Source: a virus
Lineage: Duplodnaviria > Caudoviricetes
Reading direction: 5' to 3' (one strand)
DNA length: 64,000 bases
Virus record (IMG/VR): IMGVR_UViG_2907233695_000001
Location: 32,001 to 96,000 of that record
This document shows positions 53,818-63,669 of this stretch, in pieces (position 1 is the stretch's first letter; each line of letters opens with the position of its first letter). The notes beneath the pieces were generated by a model. It was given only the letters and a program-made list of their open reading frames with translations. It was not told where the DNA came from and searched no databases. The position numbers were made by a program, and so were the translations under genes.

Positions 53818-54455
53818 TGTGTTAGGTCATGCGGTTACTGTTACTATGCGATTACCTTAATGATTAAATTAATACACTGCTCCAGTATGCTCCCATATCC
53901 ATTTTACCTCTCATCCTGTCCCATATACGGCTTCATTACGCCTATCCGGTCAACTGCTTCATGGTTATATGGATCAACTGGAGCTAACCAGCAGCATAAA
54001 CCTAGATGCATTAGAACTATAATTATATAGCATCTATAAGGGTTATTTAGGCATGTATTCATAAGGGTATCGGGGCGTATTTTACATCGAAATCACTTAC
54101 TTATAGTAAGTATAGCACCAGAGCACATCAAAATCGACACTATTCCTATAATTTTACTCGATTATATTTACCATCAATTTCACCTCATCTCCACTATTAT
54201 TTCAATCGATTTTCTATCGTAAAATGTCATATAAAATAAAGATTTTGAGTCTGCATAATTTTCGTTAATTTATCATTTATTGCATATTAATCAGCAAAAA
54301 CTCTTGTTGCATAAGGATTTGAGCGATATTTGCCATATAATTCGCTAGGTAATTTCGCCATATCCCTGATAAACGCTGGATAAAATAAAAAAAATGTATC
54401 AAGAATACGATAGCACCGCATCGATACATTTCTACAAAATTTAATTTATTATATT

Positions 54456-55448
54456 TTATTCTACGGACAAAACTTTCTGTCGCTCTTCTTCCTCAATGTT
54501 ATTAGCCTCTGTATACAATTTATTTAAAATAGGTATGTAGTAATCTTGTCTCTCTCTAGATAATCTCTTTATGTATTTATAAACACTCATTACTTTTGTT
54601 TTTTCGGTTAAATATTTTACTATATTCTTATTTCCACGTAAATATATGATAGTGAGTTGATGACAATACAGCTCATATTTATCAATTGTCTCATTTATGC
54701 TATTTGTCCAAACAGATAGCTTTGCGTCTATCCAATCACCATATTCAACAACAAAATCAGGTCTAGCATGATGATCGTATCCTTTTGGGACTTCCCTCTG
54801 ATAAACATCTCTAAGAATATCGCCTAATAGTTTTTCAAATTTAATGCCACAGTACCTAAGCAATTCCGCATCTTCTCTTATTTCCTCGTAATCTAAACCA
54901 GCTTCAGAAATTGCATTTTGCCATGAGCCGAGGTTATTAATAGCAGCATCATGTAATGATCGATATTCCTTTTGTACAGAAGCACTTGATAAAGATAGCC
55001 CTTCTTGCTGTCTTTTTTTAATTTCTTTAATTATCATTCTCTTTGTCCATTTTTTATTCTTAACTTTCTTCTTTTTTAACGATTTTAATAATCTCTCGGT
55101 AATATGCAAAGTATGTATGCCTAAATATTCATGCAATTTATTCTGATCCAATATATTTGCTGCTGTCAGTCTTGCAATATTTGTTTTTACTAAAATTTCA
55201 ATAAGTCCATGCTCAGATATGTATGTTGTGCTTTTCTTTGGTTGTTTAGGAGTGTATCGTATATCAAAAAATTTGAAATGATGCTTATATATAGTTGTCA
55301 TTTCTTTATCGGAACACAATGAACGCCCCAAAATAAATTTATTTAACCTCCCTAAAGGCCACCATCGAATCCCTATCTCATCAAATACAAATGGTATCTC
55401 TGTGCCCTGCACTTCTATATTAATTTGTTTATAAACACCACTAGTCAT
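54456..55448 (-). CDS. Putative PD-(D/E)xK nuclease with homing-endonuclease-associated repeat
   Basis: WTKRMII...GSWQNAISEAG; FE...RPDF...IDAK. Confidence 0.65.
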   Translation of the reverse strand: MTSGVYKQINIEVQGTEIPFVFDEIGIRWWPLGRLNKFILGRSLCSDKEMTTIYKHHFKFFDIRYTPKQPKKSTTYISEHGLIEILVKTNIARLTAANILDQNKLHEYLGIHTLHITERLLKSLKKKKVKNKKWTKRMIIKEIKKRQQEGLSLSSASVQKEYRSLHDAAINNLGSWQNAISEAGLDYEEIREDAELLRYCGIKFEKLLGDILRDVYQREVPKGYDHHARPDFVVEYGDWIDAKLSVWTNSINETIDKYELYCHQLTIIYLRGNKNIVKYLTEKTKVMSVYKYIKRLSRERQDYYIPILNKLYTEANNIEEEERQKVLSVE

Positions 55449-55483
55449 TCAATCTCTCCTTTATATTCAACTTCCACCACTTC

Positions 55484-57412
55484 CTACACCTTATAAATTA
55501 CAAACGGATACCCATTCACCATACCCTCTATTCCTAACAACTTAACCAACTTCTTACTCAATCTCTCCCTCTTTAATCCATATCCATCAACCAGTTCATT
55601 CAAACTCTTTTTTATATTTTTCATACTTCTCGTCTTACCTTTGATTTCTCCATTGGTCTTCTCCAAATTTTCCTTCACCAATTCATCCAAAATCTCACTC
55701 TCACTCACCCATCCATTCTGTTCAATTTTATCCACAAACTTTTTCTTTATGTATTCAGATATCTCATTACTCTGTTTTGATAATTCTACATTACTAAGCA
55801 TAGGATAAACTTTATCGGCCTCATCCTTATTCATACCTCTTATCACCATCTCCCTTCCAAATCCAGTCATCGCCATATTGTTCTCTTTAAACTCAATCGC
55901 TTTCAGGTTAGCACTGGTCATCAACTGATCTCCATATTCAGGCATGGAATAAAAATTTTGAAAATTAACCTCTCTATTTCCATTCCCTTTCATTTTCTTC
56001 TCACGTTCAAATGTAGCAATCTGATACAACTCTTTGGGCAACTCGTTAATATGTATCTTCTCTAACACTCCAAGGAAAGCAAATAAATCAATCCTTTTAC
56101 TAATTTCCTTAATGTCACTATTGATTTTCACATATTCCAAATCATTGCTATATGCATTTGAAATCATATCGGATAAATCCCTAGCCATTTCTGATAAGTA
56201 ACTTTTACTTGCTGAGAACATATTCACCTCGATTTCCCTCAGTGTATTTGTGCCTATGTATTGTTTTGCTAATAAATTCATCATAATGAGCAAAGGTATA
56301 TATCGTTTGATTCTTTTATATAACTCAGGATGCTCATCCTTCAATCCGCTGCTAGTCAATATATGTATGTTATGATCCATGATTTCCTTCTGTTGTTTCT
56401 GCCATTCGGTTTCAATCAAATGGATATTAAACTGCTTGCAAAGCAACTTGTATGCTTCGACTCGCTTTAATCCAGTTAGCCTTTCCACAACACGAACAAT
56501 GTTCCCTGTGAATCCGCATTCTTTACTATGGCACTTGTACATGTAATTGTCTGTTTTTACATCTCTAAATATAGAGGCAGATGGACTTTTATCCTCATGG
56601 AAGAGACAGCGAAATTTATAACTATCGTCATCTAAGTGGTTATATCTAACTAAATAGTCGGTCAAATCCTGTTTATACAAAAAGTCGTATGCGTCATTGA
56701 TGTGTGTAAATTCATGAGTTATATTTGCTATCTGTACATAGTCATCGAGTACATTGGATAATTCCTTATGATTACTGACTTTTTCATGAGATGGGGGGTT
56801 TTTTCTACCAATTATATTATTAGGTATTAATGTATCCTTGGTAGAAAAAACCCCTGCACGACAAAAGTCACTTGTATATATTTTACTCTTATCAATATAG
56901 TCACTAACAATGAGTTTATTATTATAATCCAATTCAATAATCTCATTACCACCAAAGAACATTCGAGAACCATCAGAACAACTCTTATCAGCCATAGGAT
57001 ACTTGGCAAGCAATGTTCCAATCAAATCACTAAACACACTATAATCATCAATAGTCTCATCCAACACAAAGACAACTCTAAACTTATGATGATCATCAGT
57101 ATGATTAAATGTAGTGTAAATGAATGCAGCAGTATCACTAAACTCCATTACGGCTTCATCCAATCTCATGCCATCATCAAAGTCTAAGCAAACAATCTCT
57201 TGAGACGACCAAGAGTTAATTGATCGTCTCACCTTTCCATTAATTTTCTTATCAATCAGAGCTGGTACAAATGTTTTACCTTTGACTATTTCCTGAGCCA
57301 ACTCTTGAGTACTAATATCAACAATATTATTAATAATCCTATTATTTACTTTCTTTACTTCAATCTTATCCGGTTTACTTTTATATTCAACAGTATCAAG
57401 CAATAACTTCAT
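55484..57412 (-). CDS. AEP-family primase-polymerase / Rep protein with CHC2 zinc finger
   Basis: CLDFDDG, YTTFNH...KFRVVF, DKSC; CLFHEDKSPS...CHSKEC. Confidence 0.75.
   Translation of the reverse strand: MKLLLDTVEYKSKPDKIEVKKVNNRIINNIVDISTQELAQEIVKGKTFVPALIDKKINGKVRRSINSWSSQEIVCLDFDDGMRLDEAVMEFSDTAAFIYTTFNHTDDHHKFRVVFVLDETIDDYSVFSDLIGTLLAKYPMADKSCSDGSRMFFGGNEIIELDYNNKLIVSDYIDKSKIYTSDFCRAGVFSTKDTLIPNNIIGRKNPPSHEKVSNHKELSNVLDDYVQIANITHEFTHINDAYDFLYKQDLTDYLVRYNHLDDDSYKFRCLFHEDKSPSASIFRDVKTDNYMYKCHSKECGFTGNIVRVVERLTGLKRVEAYKLLCKQFNIHLIETEWQKQQKEIMDHNIHILTSSGLKDEHPELYKRIKRYIPLLIMMNLLAKQYIGTNTLREIEVNMFSASKSYLSEMARDLSDMISNAYSNDLEYVKINSDIKEISKRIDLFAFLGVLEKIHINELPKELYQIATFEREKKMKGNGNREVNFQNFYSMPEYGDQLMTSANLKAIEFKENNMAMTGFGREMVIRGMNKDEADKVYPMLSNVELSKQSNEISEYIKKKFVDKIEQNGWVSESEILDELVKENLEKTNGEIKGKTRSMKNIKKSLNELVDGYGLKRERLSKKLVKLLGIEGMVNGYPFVIYKV
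56795..56854. repeat. 17-bp perfect inverted repeat with 26-bp loop inside the primase/Rep gene; origin candidate
   Basis: GGGGTTTTTTCTACCAA / TTGGTAGAAAAAACCCC. Confidence 0.85.
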
Positions 57413-59786
57413 TCAATCTCTCCTTTGTTGTTCTTAATAAATTTTCTAAAAATGTTCTTCTTCGCATATTTTCAAACTTTTTACATGCAAAATTCAATGT
57501 CTCTGCCTGACACAGTATGATTACTCGTTGTTTGAACCTTGTGATAGCCGTGTAGATGAGGTTAGCGTTCAATTGGAACTTATGCGACTTGTCGAGGATA
57601 CATAACACTCCTTGACCACTACCTCCTTGAGATTTATGCATTGTCAATGCCCATCCATGCATCAGTTGCTCCATTTTCTCAAATGGAATAGATACAATTC
57701 CAACATCAAATTGAACATATATCCCAATCTTATGAGATAAGTCTTCTTCGTCATCAACATTGTCATCAACATTGTCATCAGTCTCATTTGTAGCGGTCGC
57801 TTCTAAGTCGCTTTCCTTTACAATATCAACGATAACTCCAGTATCACCGTTAACAATATCAACCCAAGAACCATTTAAATCTCGAATTTCATATGTATTT
57901 TTTGTATTCATAACATAATCGCCAATTCTAAATGTGCAGTCATCATGATACTTTAATTCTTTCTTCATCTCATCTGGAGGATTAACAATAGACTGAATAT
58001 GCTTATTAATCATCACTGTTCCAAGATTGCCTTTTTTAGTTGGGGTAAGCACCATGATATCTTCAGGCTTATAATATTGTAGCAGCAACTTATAGTAGTA
58101 TTTGTAACCATCTTCCATATGTTCTTGTGATACTGATCTTAACAATGCATCTGAACCAAATTTCTTTTCTCCGACAAAATTACTCTCGATAAATTTATGT
58201 CCCTGTCTTACATCTGTGGCAATAGAAAGTCCTCCACCTTCTGCTTGACGAAACACCTTATCTAACTTTGTAACAGGAAGCACTCCGCTATCCAAACAGT
58301 TCCTTAGAAAATTTCCGCACCCTACGGAAGCTATTTGAGCGTCATCGCCAATAAATACAACTCGTGCAAATGGGTTTACAATTTTTTTTAATAATACACA
58401 TGCTAATCTAACGTCCATCATTGAGACTTCATCAATAATAATAATGTCCTCTCGCAATTCATAATTAGCCTTATCCTCTTTATTCTTTTCCTGTCGTCCA
58501 TATCCAATTGCGCGATGTATGGTTGAAGCTTCAGTATCTCCAACATAAGTAGATAAAACTTTGGCAGCTCTCCCTGTTGGAGCTAATAGTCTGTACTTAA
58601 TAGCAGAACTGCCCCCATCTTCGACATCAGTCTCGTCGCTATATTCATCATATTTTACTTCTATTGTATCTAATACATTTGTTTCAGCATTCATTTTCTT
58701 TGCAAGATTAATGAGTATCTTCTGTAATGCAGATTTACCCATACCTGCTGATCCAATCAAAAAATTAACATTATACTTTGCAAAATTGTGAAAGAACTCT
58801 TTTTGCTTATCTGTCAGAGTCATACCCATTTCACGTTCCTGAGTAATCAGAAACTCACCAATATCAATATTAAGCGTGGTTGATTTATTCAATCTGTTCA
58901 ATAACAACTTCGCAACATCAGATTCAGCATCGTATGTTTTGCGCAGTGCTATCTTGTCGTCTTCTATGTATAACCCTTCAGTTTTATCAATTTCAGGCTC
59001 AATTAAACCTCTATCCAAGACGAGACATTCAGCAGCCTTCTCTAACAAATCATCATATTCTAAGTATGTATGACCAGATTGCTCCTCTTCGCTTATAATA
59101 TGTTTGATTCCTGCTTGGATACGAAACTTAGAGTTGTCGGGGATACCCATGTTCTTAGCGATGATATCTGCTTTTTTAAAGCCGATCCCATGTAAGTGTT
59201 CAGCTAAACAGTAGGGATTTTTCTTTACTTTTTCAATCGCATTATCAGCCGTCCCAAATACGTCGATCAATTTGCTGAAGTGTTCATACTTGACTCCGTA
59301 TTTACCCAACTCAGCGAATAGGGATTGCTGTTCAACGTTTTCAAGCAATTTTTTTCTGATTTTATTATATGTTTTACTGCCAATTCCTTTAATTTTAAAT
59401 AATTCGAACGTATTATGTATGAACATTTCCAGTATGTCTTGGTTTGGATATGCATTATAGAATGCTGACAACTGCAATTCAGTCATCATTGTCGAAAGAA
59501 AATCGCGTTTTTCTTGATTAGTCTTAGGTACGTCTCTATAAATGGTATGAACATTGTATCCGAAACCGTATTTTTTATCTTCTACACCTTCTAGTTTAGC
59601 CTTGTACACTATGTCTAAGATGAGTTCTTGCATCTTTCCTTTAATGCAAAAATTGCCGTATGAGTTTAGCTGAAATAAGTGTTCGTCATTAGGGTTTTGA
59701 GGGATCGCAGAATAGATACCAAATGAATTGTTGTAAAATAACTTTTTAGTTGGCACAATTTCAACTTCAATAATGTTTTTTGACAT
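57396..59786 (-). CDS. recD2: RecD2-like SF1B helicase
   Basis: GIGFKKAD HhH, GSAGMGKS, APTGRAA, DEVSM, GDDAQ, FRQ, HKSQG, YTAITR. Confidence 0.92.
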   Translation of the reverse strand: MSKNIIEVEIVPTKKLFYNNSFGIYSAIPQNPNDEHLFQLNSYGNFCIKGKMQELILDIVYKAKLEGVEDKKYGFGYNVHTIYRDVPKTNQEKRDFLSTMMTELQLSAFYNAYPNQDILEMFIHNTFELFKIKGIGSKTYNKIRKKLLENVEQQSLFAELGKYGVKYEHFSKLIDVFGTADNAIEKVKKNPYCLAEHLHGIGFKKADIIAKNMGIPDNSKFRIQAGIKHIISEEEQSGHTYLEYDDLLEKAAECLVLDRGLIEPEIDKTEGLYIEDDKIALRKTYDAESDVAKLLLNRLNKSTTLNIDIGEFLITQEREMGMTLTDKQKEFFHNFAKYNVNFLIGSAGMGKSALQKILINLAKKMNAETNVLDTIEVKYDEYSDETDVEDGGSSAIKYRLLAPTGRAAKVLSTYVGDTEASTIHRAIGYGRQEKNKEDKANYELREDIIIIDEVSMMDVRLACVLLKKIVNPFARVVFIGDDAQIASVGCGNFLRNCLDSGVLPVTKLDKVFRQAEGGGLSIATDVRQGHKFIESNFVGEKKFGSDALLRSVSQEHMEDGYKYYYKLLLQYYKPEDIMVLTPTKKGNLGTVMINKHIQSIVNPPDEMKKELKYHDDCTFRIGDYVMNTKNTYEIRDLNGSWVDIVNGDTGVIVDIVKESDLEATATNETDDNVDDNVDDEEDLSHKIGIYVQFDVGIVSIPFEKMEQLMHGWALTMHKSQGGSGQGVLCILDKSHKFQLNANLIYTAITRFKQRVIILCQAETLNFACKKFENMRRRTFLENLLRTTKERLNEVIA

Positions 59787-59802
59787 ATTTCATCTCCATT
59801 TT

Positions 59803-59958
59803 TTATTTTAATATCAATTTTAGTTTTCTAACCTTCTCTGGTGACATGCTAGTCTTTCCTCTTAAATACATACTCAACATTGCTCCTGTAACTCCTAATT
59901 GCTCTGCAATCCACTTCTGTTTAAGTCCTTTGTTTTTGATGGCACTCTGTAGTTCCAT
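59803..59958 (-). CDS. Small Cro-like HTH protein (51 aa, not in ORF track)
   Basis: MELQSAIKNKGLKQKWIAEQLGVTGAMLSMYLRGKTSMSPEKVRKLKLILK. Confidence 0.8.
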   Translation of the reverse strand: MELQSAIKNKGLKQKWIAEQLGVTGAMLSMYLRGKTSMSPEKVRKLKLILK

Positions 59959-60094
59959 TGTAAACATCTCCCGTTAATTATATTTAAGTAAATAAAAAAT
60001 AAAAAGTGTACTATATATTTAGTACACTTGTAATATACATTATTCACCATTCGAAATACAATACTTTTTACACATCTTTTTCATCTTTTATTAT

Positions 60095-61147
60095 TTATCT
60101 ATTTCCTATAATCTTCATCGCTTCTCTAAGCAATTGCGTTCTCATTCCATTTCTTGTTCCGTTGAGTAGCATTTTCATCTCATCAAATGTAAGTTCGTCA
60201 AAAGCGTCATTGTCAATTTCTTCATCCAACAAAATTCCAGCCATCTTAGATACATCACGCTTTTTGTTCACGTAAGATTTCCATAAAGTATTAATATCAC
60301 TATGTCCAGTCTGCATTTGAGCAGCTTTAAAGTCCCCTTGAGTATCAATGATGAAGTTGGGGGCAAAATTTCTGAAACTGTGGAAAACGATATTCCGTTT
60401 CGGATGTATGCCCAACTCTTCCTTTAGAGTGTTCATCATTTCCCAAATTGTTCTTTTGCTTAGATGGAAAATTTTATTGTCACTGTACCGCTGGTAGTAT
60501 GTAAGCGACTTGATTTGTTTCAGGTCATTGTACAAGTCAAGAGTAATCGGTTGAGACATTTCTTTATCAGTTTTTTCTTCAACTGTATTAACGAAACAAC
60601 AATTTTGTTCATGATCCACTTGCAAATCATCCCAAGAGAGATTTAACAGCGTATCTTCCCTGTAACTGGTGCGAGTAGCCATTCTAATAAGAAGACTCTT
60701 CTCCAATCCTTTAACCTGTTTTTGCACTGCAACAATCATAGCATCTACTTCTTCAGGGGATAAGTCGCCATAACTTTTGCTTTTATTATTTAGTTTATCA
60801 ATTTGAAATACTTCGGTATCGATTCCGTATTTCGTATCATATTTATTCCTTTTGAAGAATGCATATAAGCTTTGGAGGGAAGCAATTTTGCGATTCACAC
60901 TACTGGAAGAATATTTTTTATCATTAATTAAAAAGTTTCTATAATGAACAACTGTTTTATGTTCTATTTGAAGATCATCAAATGATAGCGAAAGCAAGTT
61001 TTTCCCTAGAAATGAGAAAAATAATTCAATATCATGTTTATAACCTATTTTTGTTCCCTCTGAAAGTCGCACGTCTTCGAGAAATAAGCATATATCAGAA
61101 TATACTGAACTATTAACAAATCCAACAATATTTTTAAGACTTTGCAT
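60095..61147 (-). CDS. Tyrosine recombinase with intact catalytic set (SPbeta YopP/SroD-like)
   Basis: R (SYRE), K (EKTDK), HSFR, GHS, Y (KSYV); N-terminal SAM-like domain with SSVNRKIASL. Confidence 0.85.
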   Translation of the reverse strand: MQSLKNIVGFVNSSVYSDICLFLEDVRLSEGTKIGYKHDIELFFSFLGKNLLSLSFDDLQIEHKTVVHYRNFLINDKKYSSSSVNRKIASLQSLYAFFKRNKYDTKYGIDTEVFQIDKLNNKSKSYGDLSPEEVDAMIVAVQKQVKGLEKSLLIRMATRTSYREDTLLNLSWDDLQVDHEQNCCFVNTVEEKTDKEMSQPITLDLYNDLKQIKSLTYYQRYSDNKIFHLSKRTIWEMMNTLKEELGIHPKRNIVFHSFRNFAPNFIIDTQGDFKAAQMQTGHSDINTLWKSYVNKKRDVSKMAGILLDEEIDNDAFDELTFDEMKMLLNGTRNGMRTQLLREAMKIIGNR

Positions 61148-61167
61148 TGGTATCCCACCTCATTATT

Positions 61168-62667
61168 TTATGATTTCAACTTTTCATAATCATTTTTAAA
61201 CATCCATTTATATCCATGTGCTGATTTTCCCTTTCCATTGCAAACATTTGATATGCGACTACTTTGTTGTAAATTTAGTTCTCTCGCTGCTTTCGATTGA
61301 CTTTCAAATTCATCAATATACTCTCCGTTTAGGGTTAATCTTACAATACTTTTAGTGATGTGTATTTTTTCTGGCGTTTTTATTTTATCTTTTTCATTTT
61401 CATAATCATCTTTGTACATCCATATATACCCACCTGAATGCTTATATTTCCCTATGCACACATCTCGAATACTTTGATGATGAATATTAGTTTGTCTTGC
61501 AGCCTCAACACTGCTACTATACTTATTTATATATGTTCCATCTAAATTTAATTGAACTACGGGTTTAGGTTGGTTTTTTAATTTTTGAGGATCATATGCA
61601 CACCACCTAAGTTCATGACCGTATTTTAAATATCTTATCACTGTACTTTTGTTTAACAATAATTCTTTCTCGATTTGTTTAGCTGTTTTACCATTATTCC
61701 ATAATTCACATGTTGTTTTAATAATGGATTTCATTGAAAATTCATTGCAAACGTTCCAATCAACATCTGTTAAATCAAATAATATTGCTAACTCAGAATT
61801 TATTAAACTATTTTTAATAAAATTAAAATCAGAATATCGACAGTCAATAACAATATATTTGTTAATTTCATTTTCCTCTGCAAGTCGTTTTTTCATTTTA
61901 TCATTTTCAATTTCTTGTTCTAATGTTCTTCCTCCTACATTTGCAAATCCCTTCTCATAATGCTGTAGCCCATGCGTCTCTAATAGAACATCGACTTGAT
62001 TTACTTTAAAGTAAAAATCATATCTTTTTCCACTAGACCACTTAAATATTTTTTCTTTTTCAAATTGCACATTCAGTTGTCTTAATAAGGAAGTAATAAA
62101 TTTTTCAGGGTAGCTAATACTGTCTGAGCAAAATGGACAACCAACATTGTATAAAGTTCTTATTTGTACTTTCAGTTCAAACGGCAGTCCACAATTTGAA
62201 CAAAGAAACCATGCTTTTTGCTGAGATTGGGCATATGTAGATTTCGGTTTCTGTGCCCCATTCATTGTCGAATGCCATTCTTTTGCAATATTAGGAAACA
62301 AATAGTCCAATGATTTATTATATGGAGCATTTGTTCGATTCGACTCTCCACTTTTTAATTTTCCACAATCAACACATCTGTCTAATCCATCGATTTTTCT
62401 GTGTCTGATTATATTCTGATATTTTTGATTTAATATTCTTTTATTGCAGCAGTCACATATCTTAATAACCCTCTCATTACTACTTTTTAACAAATGTTCG
62501 ATTCTGACCAAGATTTTTGTTCCCTTGGGAACAATTAATTTGCCTTCATAATTTGGTTTTCTCGGAATAACATAACCTAATTCTTCGTAATATCTAATCA
62601 TCTTACTTGCTAAAGATGTCTCTACCCAATACGACCCATCCTTATAAATATCGGTAATAATCGCCAA
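61168..62667 (-). CDS. Homing-endonuclease-like protein, paralog of 27926-29311 (two NUMOD1 repeats)
   Basis: SYPEKF, YDFYF, LETHGLQHY, NUMOD1 twice. Confidence 0.75.
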   Translation of the reverse strand: MAIITDIYKDGSYWVETSLASKMIRYYEELGYVIPRKPNYEGKLIVPKGTKILVRIEHLLKSSNERVIKICDCCNKRILNQKYQNIIRHRKIDGLDRCVDCGKLKSGESNRTNAPYNKSLDYLFPNIAKEWHSTMNGAQKPKSTYAQSQQKAWFLCSNCGLPFELKVQIRTLYNVGCPFCSDSISYPEKFITSLLRQLNVQFEKEKIFKWSSGKRYDFYFKVNQVDVLLETHGLQHYEKGFANVGGRTLEQEIENDKMKKRLAEENEINKYIVIDCRYSDFNFIKNSLINSELAILFDLTDVDWNVCNEFSMKSIIKTTCELWNNGKTAKQIEKELLLNKSTVIRYLKYGHELRWCAYDPQKLKNQPKPVVQLNLDGTYINKYSSSVEAARQTNIHHQSIRDVCIGKYKHSGGYIWMYKDDYENEKDKIKTPEKIHITKSIVRLTLNGEYIDEFESQSKAARELNLQQSSRISNVCNGKGKSAHGYKWMFKNDYEKLKS

Positions 62668-62669
62668 CT

Positions 62670-62837
62670 TTATTCCTCCTTAACGTTTAATAATTTATTT
62701 AGCATACTTATTTTTTCTGGAGACAAATTCTTTTTTCCAGATAAAAATAATGACATCATTGTTTTGCTTATGCCAAGCTTATCTGCGAGAAATTGCTGCT
62801 TAATACCTCTCTCATTAATTAGTTGTTTATAATCCAC
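62670..62837 (-). CDS. Small Cro-like HTH protein (55 aa, GTG start, not in ORF track)
   Basis: MDYKQLINERGIKQQFLADKLGISKTMMSLFLSGKKNLSPEKISMLNKLLNVKEE. Confidence 0.8.
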   Translation of the reverse strand: MDYKQLINERGIKQQFLADKLGISKTMMSLFLSGKKNLSPEKISMLNKLLNVKEE

Positions 62838-62995
62838 ATCATTCAGCCTTTCGTATAGGGTAAACTTTTGTTTACCTATGTATAAAAAATTCGGAGATTG
62901 AACATCTCCTATTTTTAATATAACATATTTACCAATTAGTGGTCAATTATTTTTTCACTATTTTTTATTTTTTATTTATCTTAATACTTTCTTCA

Positions 62996-63211
62996 TTAAT
63001 AATCCCAAAAATGACTCGCTCTCTTACTTGGATCAATCTGCTTTACACCATCCATAATCTTCTTCATTACATTTTGGCTAGGAATCCATCCGTTCCGAGT
63101 TAATGCGGTTCTAAGAGTATCTGTAGTAATACCTATCTCTTCGGCAAACTCAACTTGGTTGTATGCGTCCTGTTCATCATAAAACCATTTGCCAAACGGT
63201 GTTAGCGACAT
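62996..63211 (-). CDS. HTH regulator divergent from the tubulin operon
   Basis: QVEFAEEIGITTDTL; RBS AAGGAG. Confidence 0.7.
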   Translation of the reverse strand: MSLTPFGKWFYDEQDAYNQVEFAEEIGITTDTLRTALTRNGWIPSQNVMKKIMDGVKQIDPSKRASHFWDY

Positions 63212-63378
63212 AAAAAATACATCTCCTTGGACTTTAAGTTAGAAACTAGTATTGTCCAAGCAGTGACATTTTAAAACAAGCTATACCGAAATTTTTTGGT
63301 ATGAGTTGGTATCAGGACAAAATATCCACTCATATCCTGTAACATAAAGCAAAAACAACATGAATTCAGAAAGGAGCG

Positions 63379-63669
63379 ATGAAGATGGAACAGTATTTTA
63401 AAGATGTGGTTGGCGAATTATCAATAGACGATATGAACTTCCTCGGTGTTCTTTACGACAATGACGCTACAGCAGGATTTAAAGCTATGACGCATAGTGT
63501 TGTAATGGATAAGGTTGGTTTGTCAGAGGCTACATTCCGTAAAGTGGTATATCGACTAGTAGCGAACAAATTCATCTCTACAGTCCCAAATAAGCGTCAA
63601 CACAGCGTTTATCTCACCCACTATGGTATCGCAGCATTGAAGATTAACGTCGAAGGAGTGAGTGCTTAA
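63379..63669 (+). CDS. Winged-helix DNA-binding protein (TubR-like position)
   Basis: LSEATFRKVVYRL...VYLTHYG; TAATG overlap with the tubulin gene. Confidence 0.65.
   Translation: MKMEQYFKDVVGELSIDDMNFLGVLYDNDATAGFKAMTHSVVMDKVGLSEATFRKVVYRLVANKFISTVPNKRQHSVYLTHYGIAALKINVEGVSA

Noticed and set aside
57751-57780. 12-bp tandem repeat in recD2
   Set aside because: In-frame acidic loop expansion (DDNV repeats); no evidence of a separate function.
1200-61960. Numerous + strand ORFs in the track overlapping minus-strand genes
   Set aside because: Antisense shadows without RBS or recognisable motifs; only 3229, 33809, 34470, 63379 and 63669 were accepted on +.
63300-63345. Sporulation sigma-factor promoter for the tubulin operon
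   Set aside because: CATATCCT resembles a SigK/SigE -10, but the -35 match is too weak to call.
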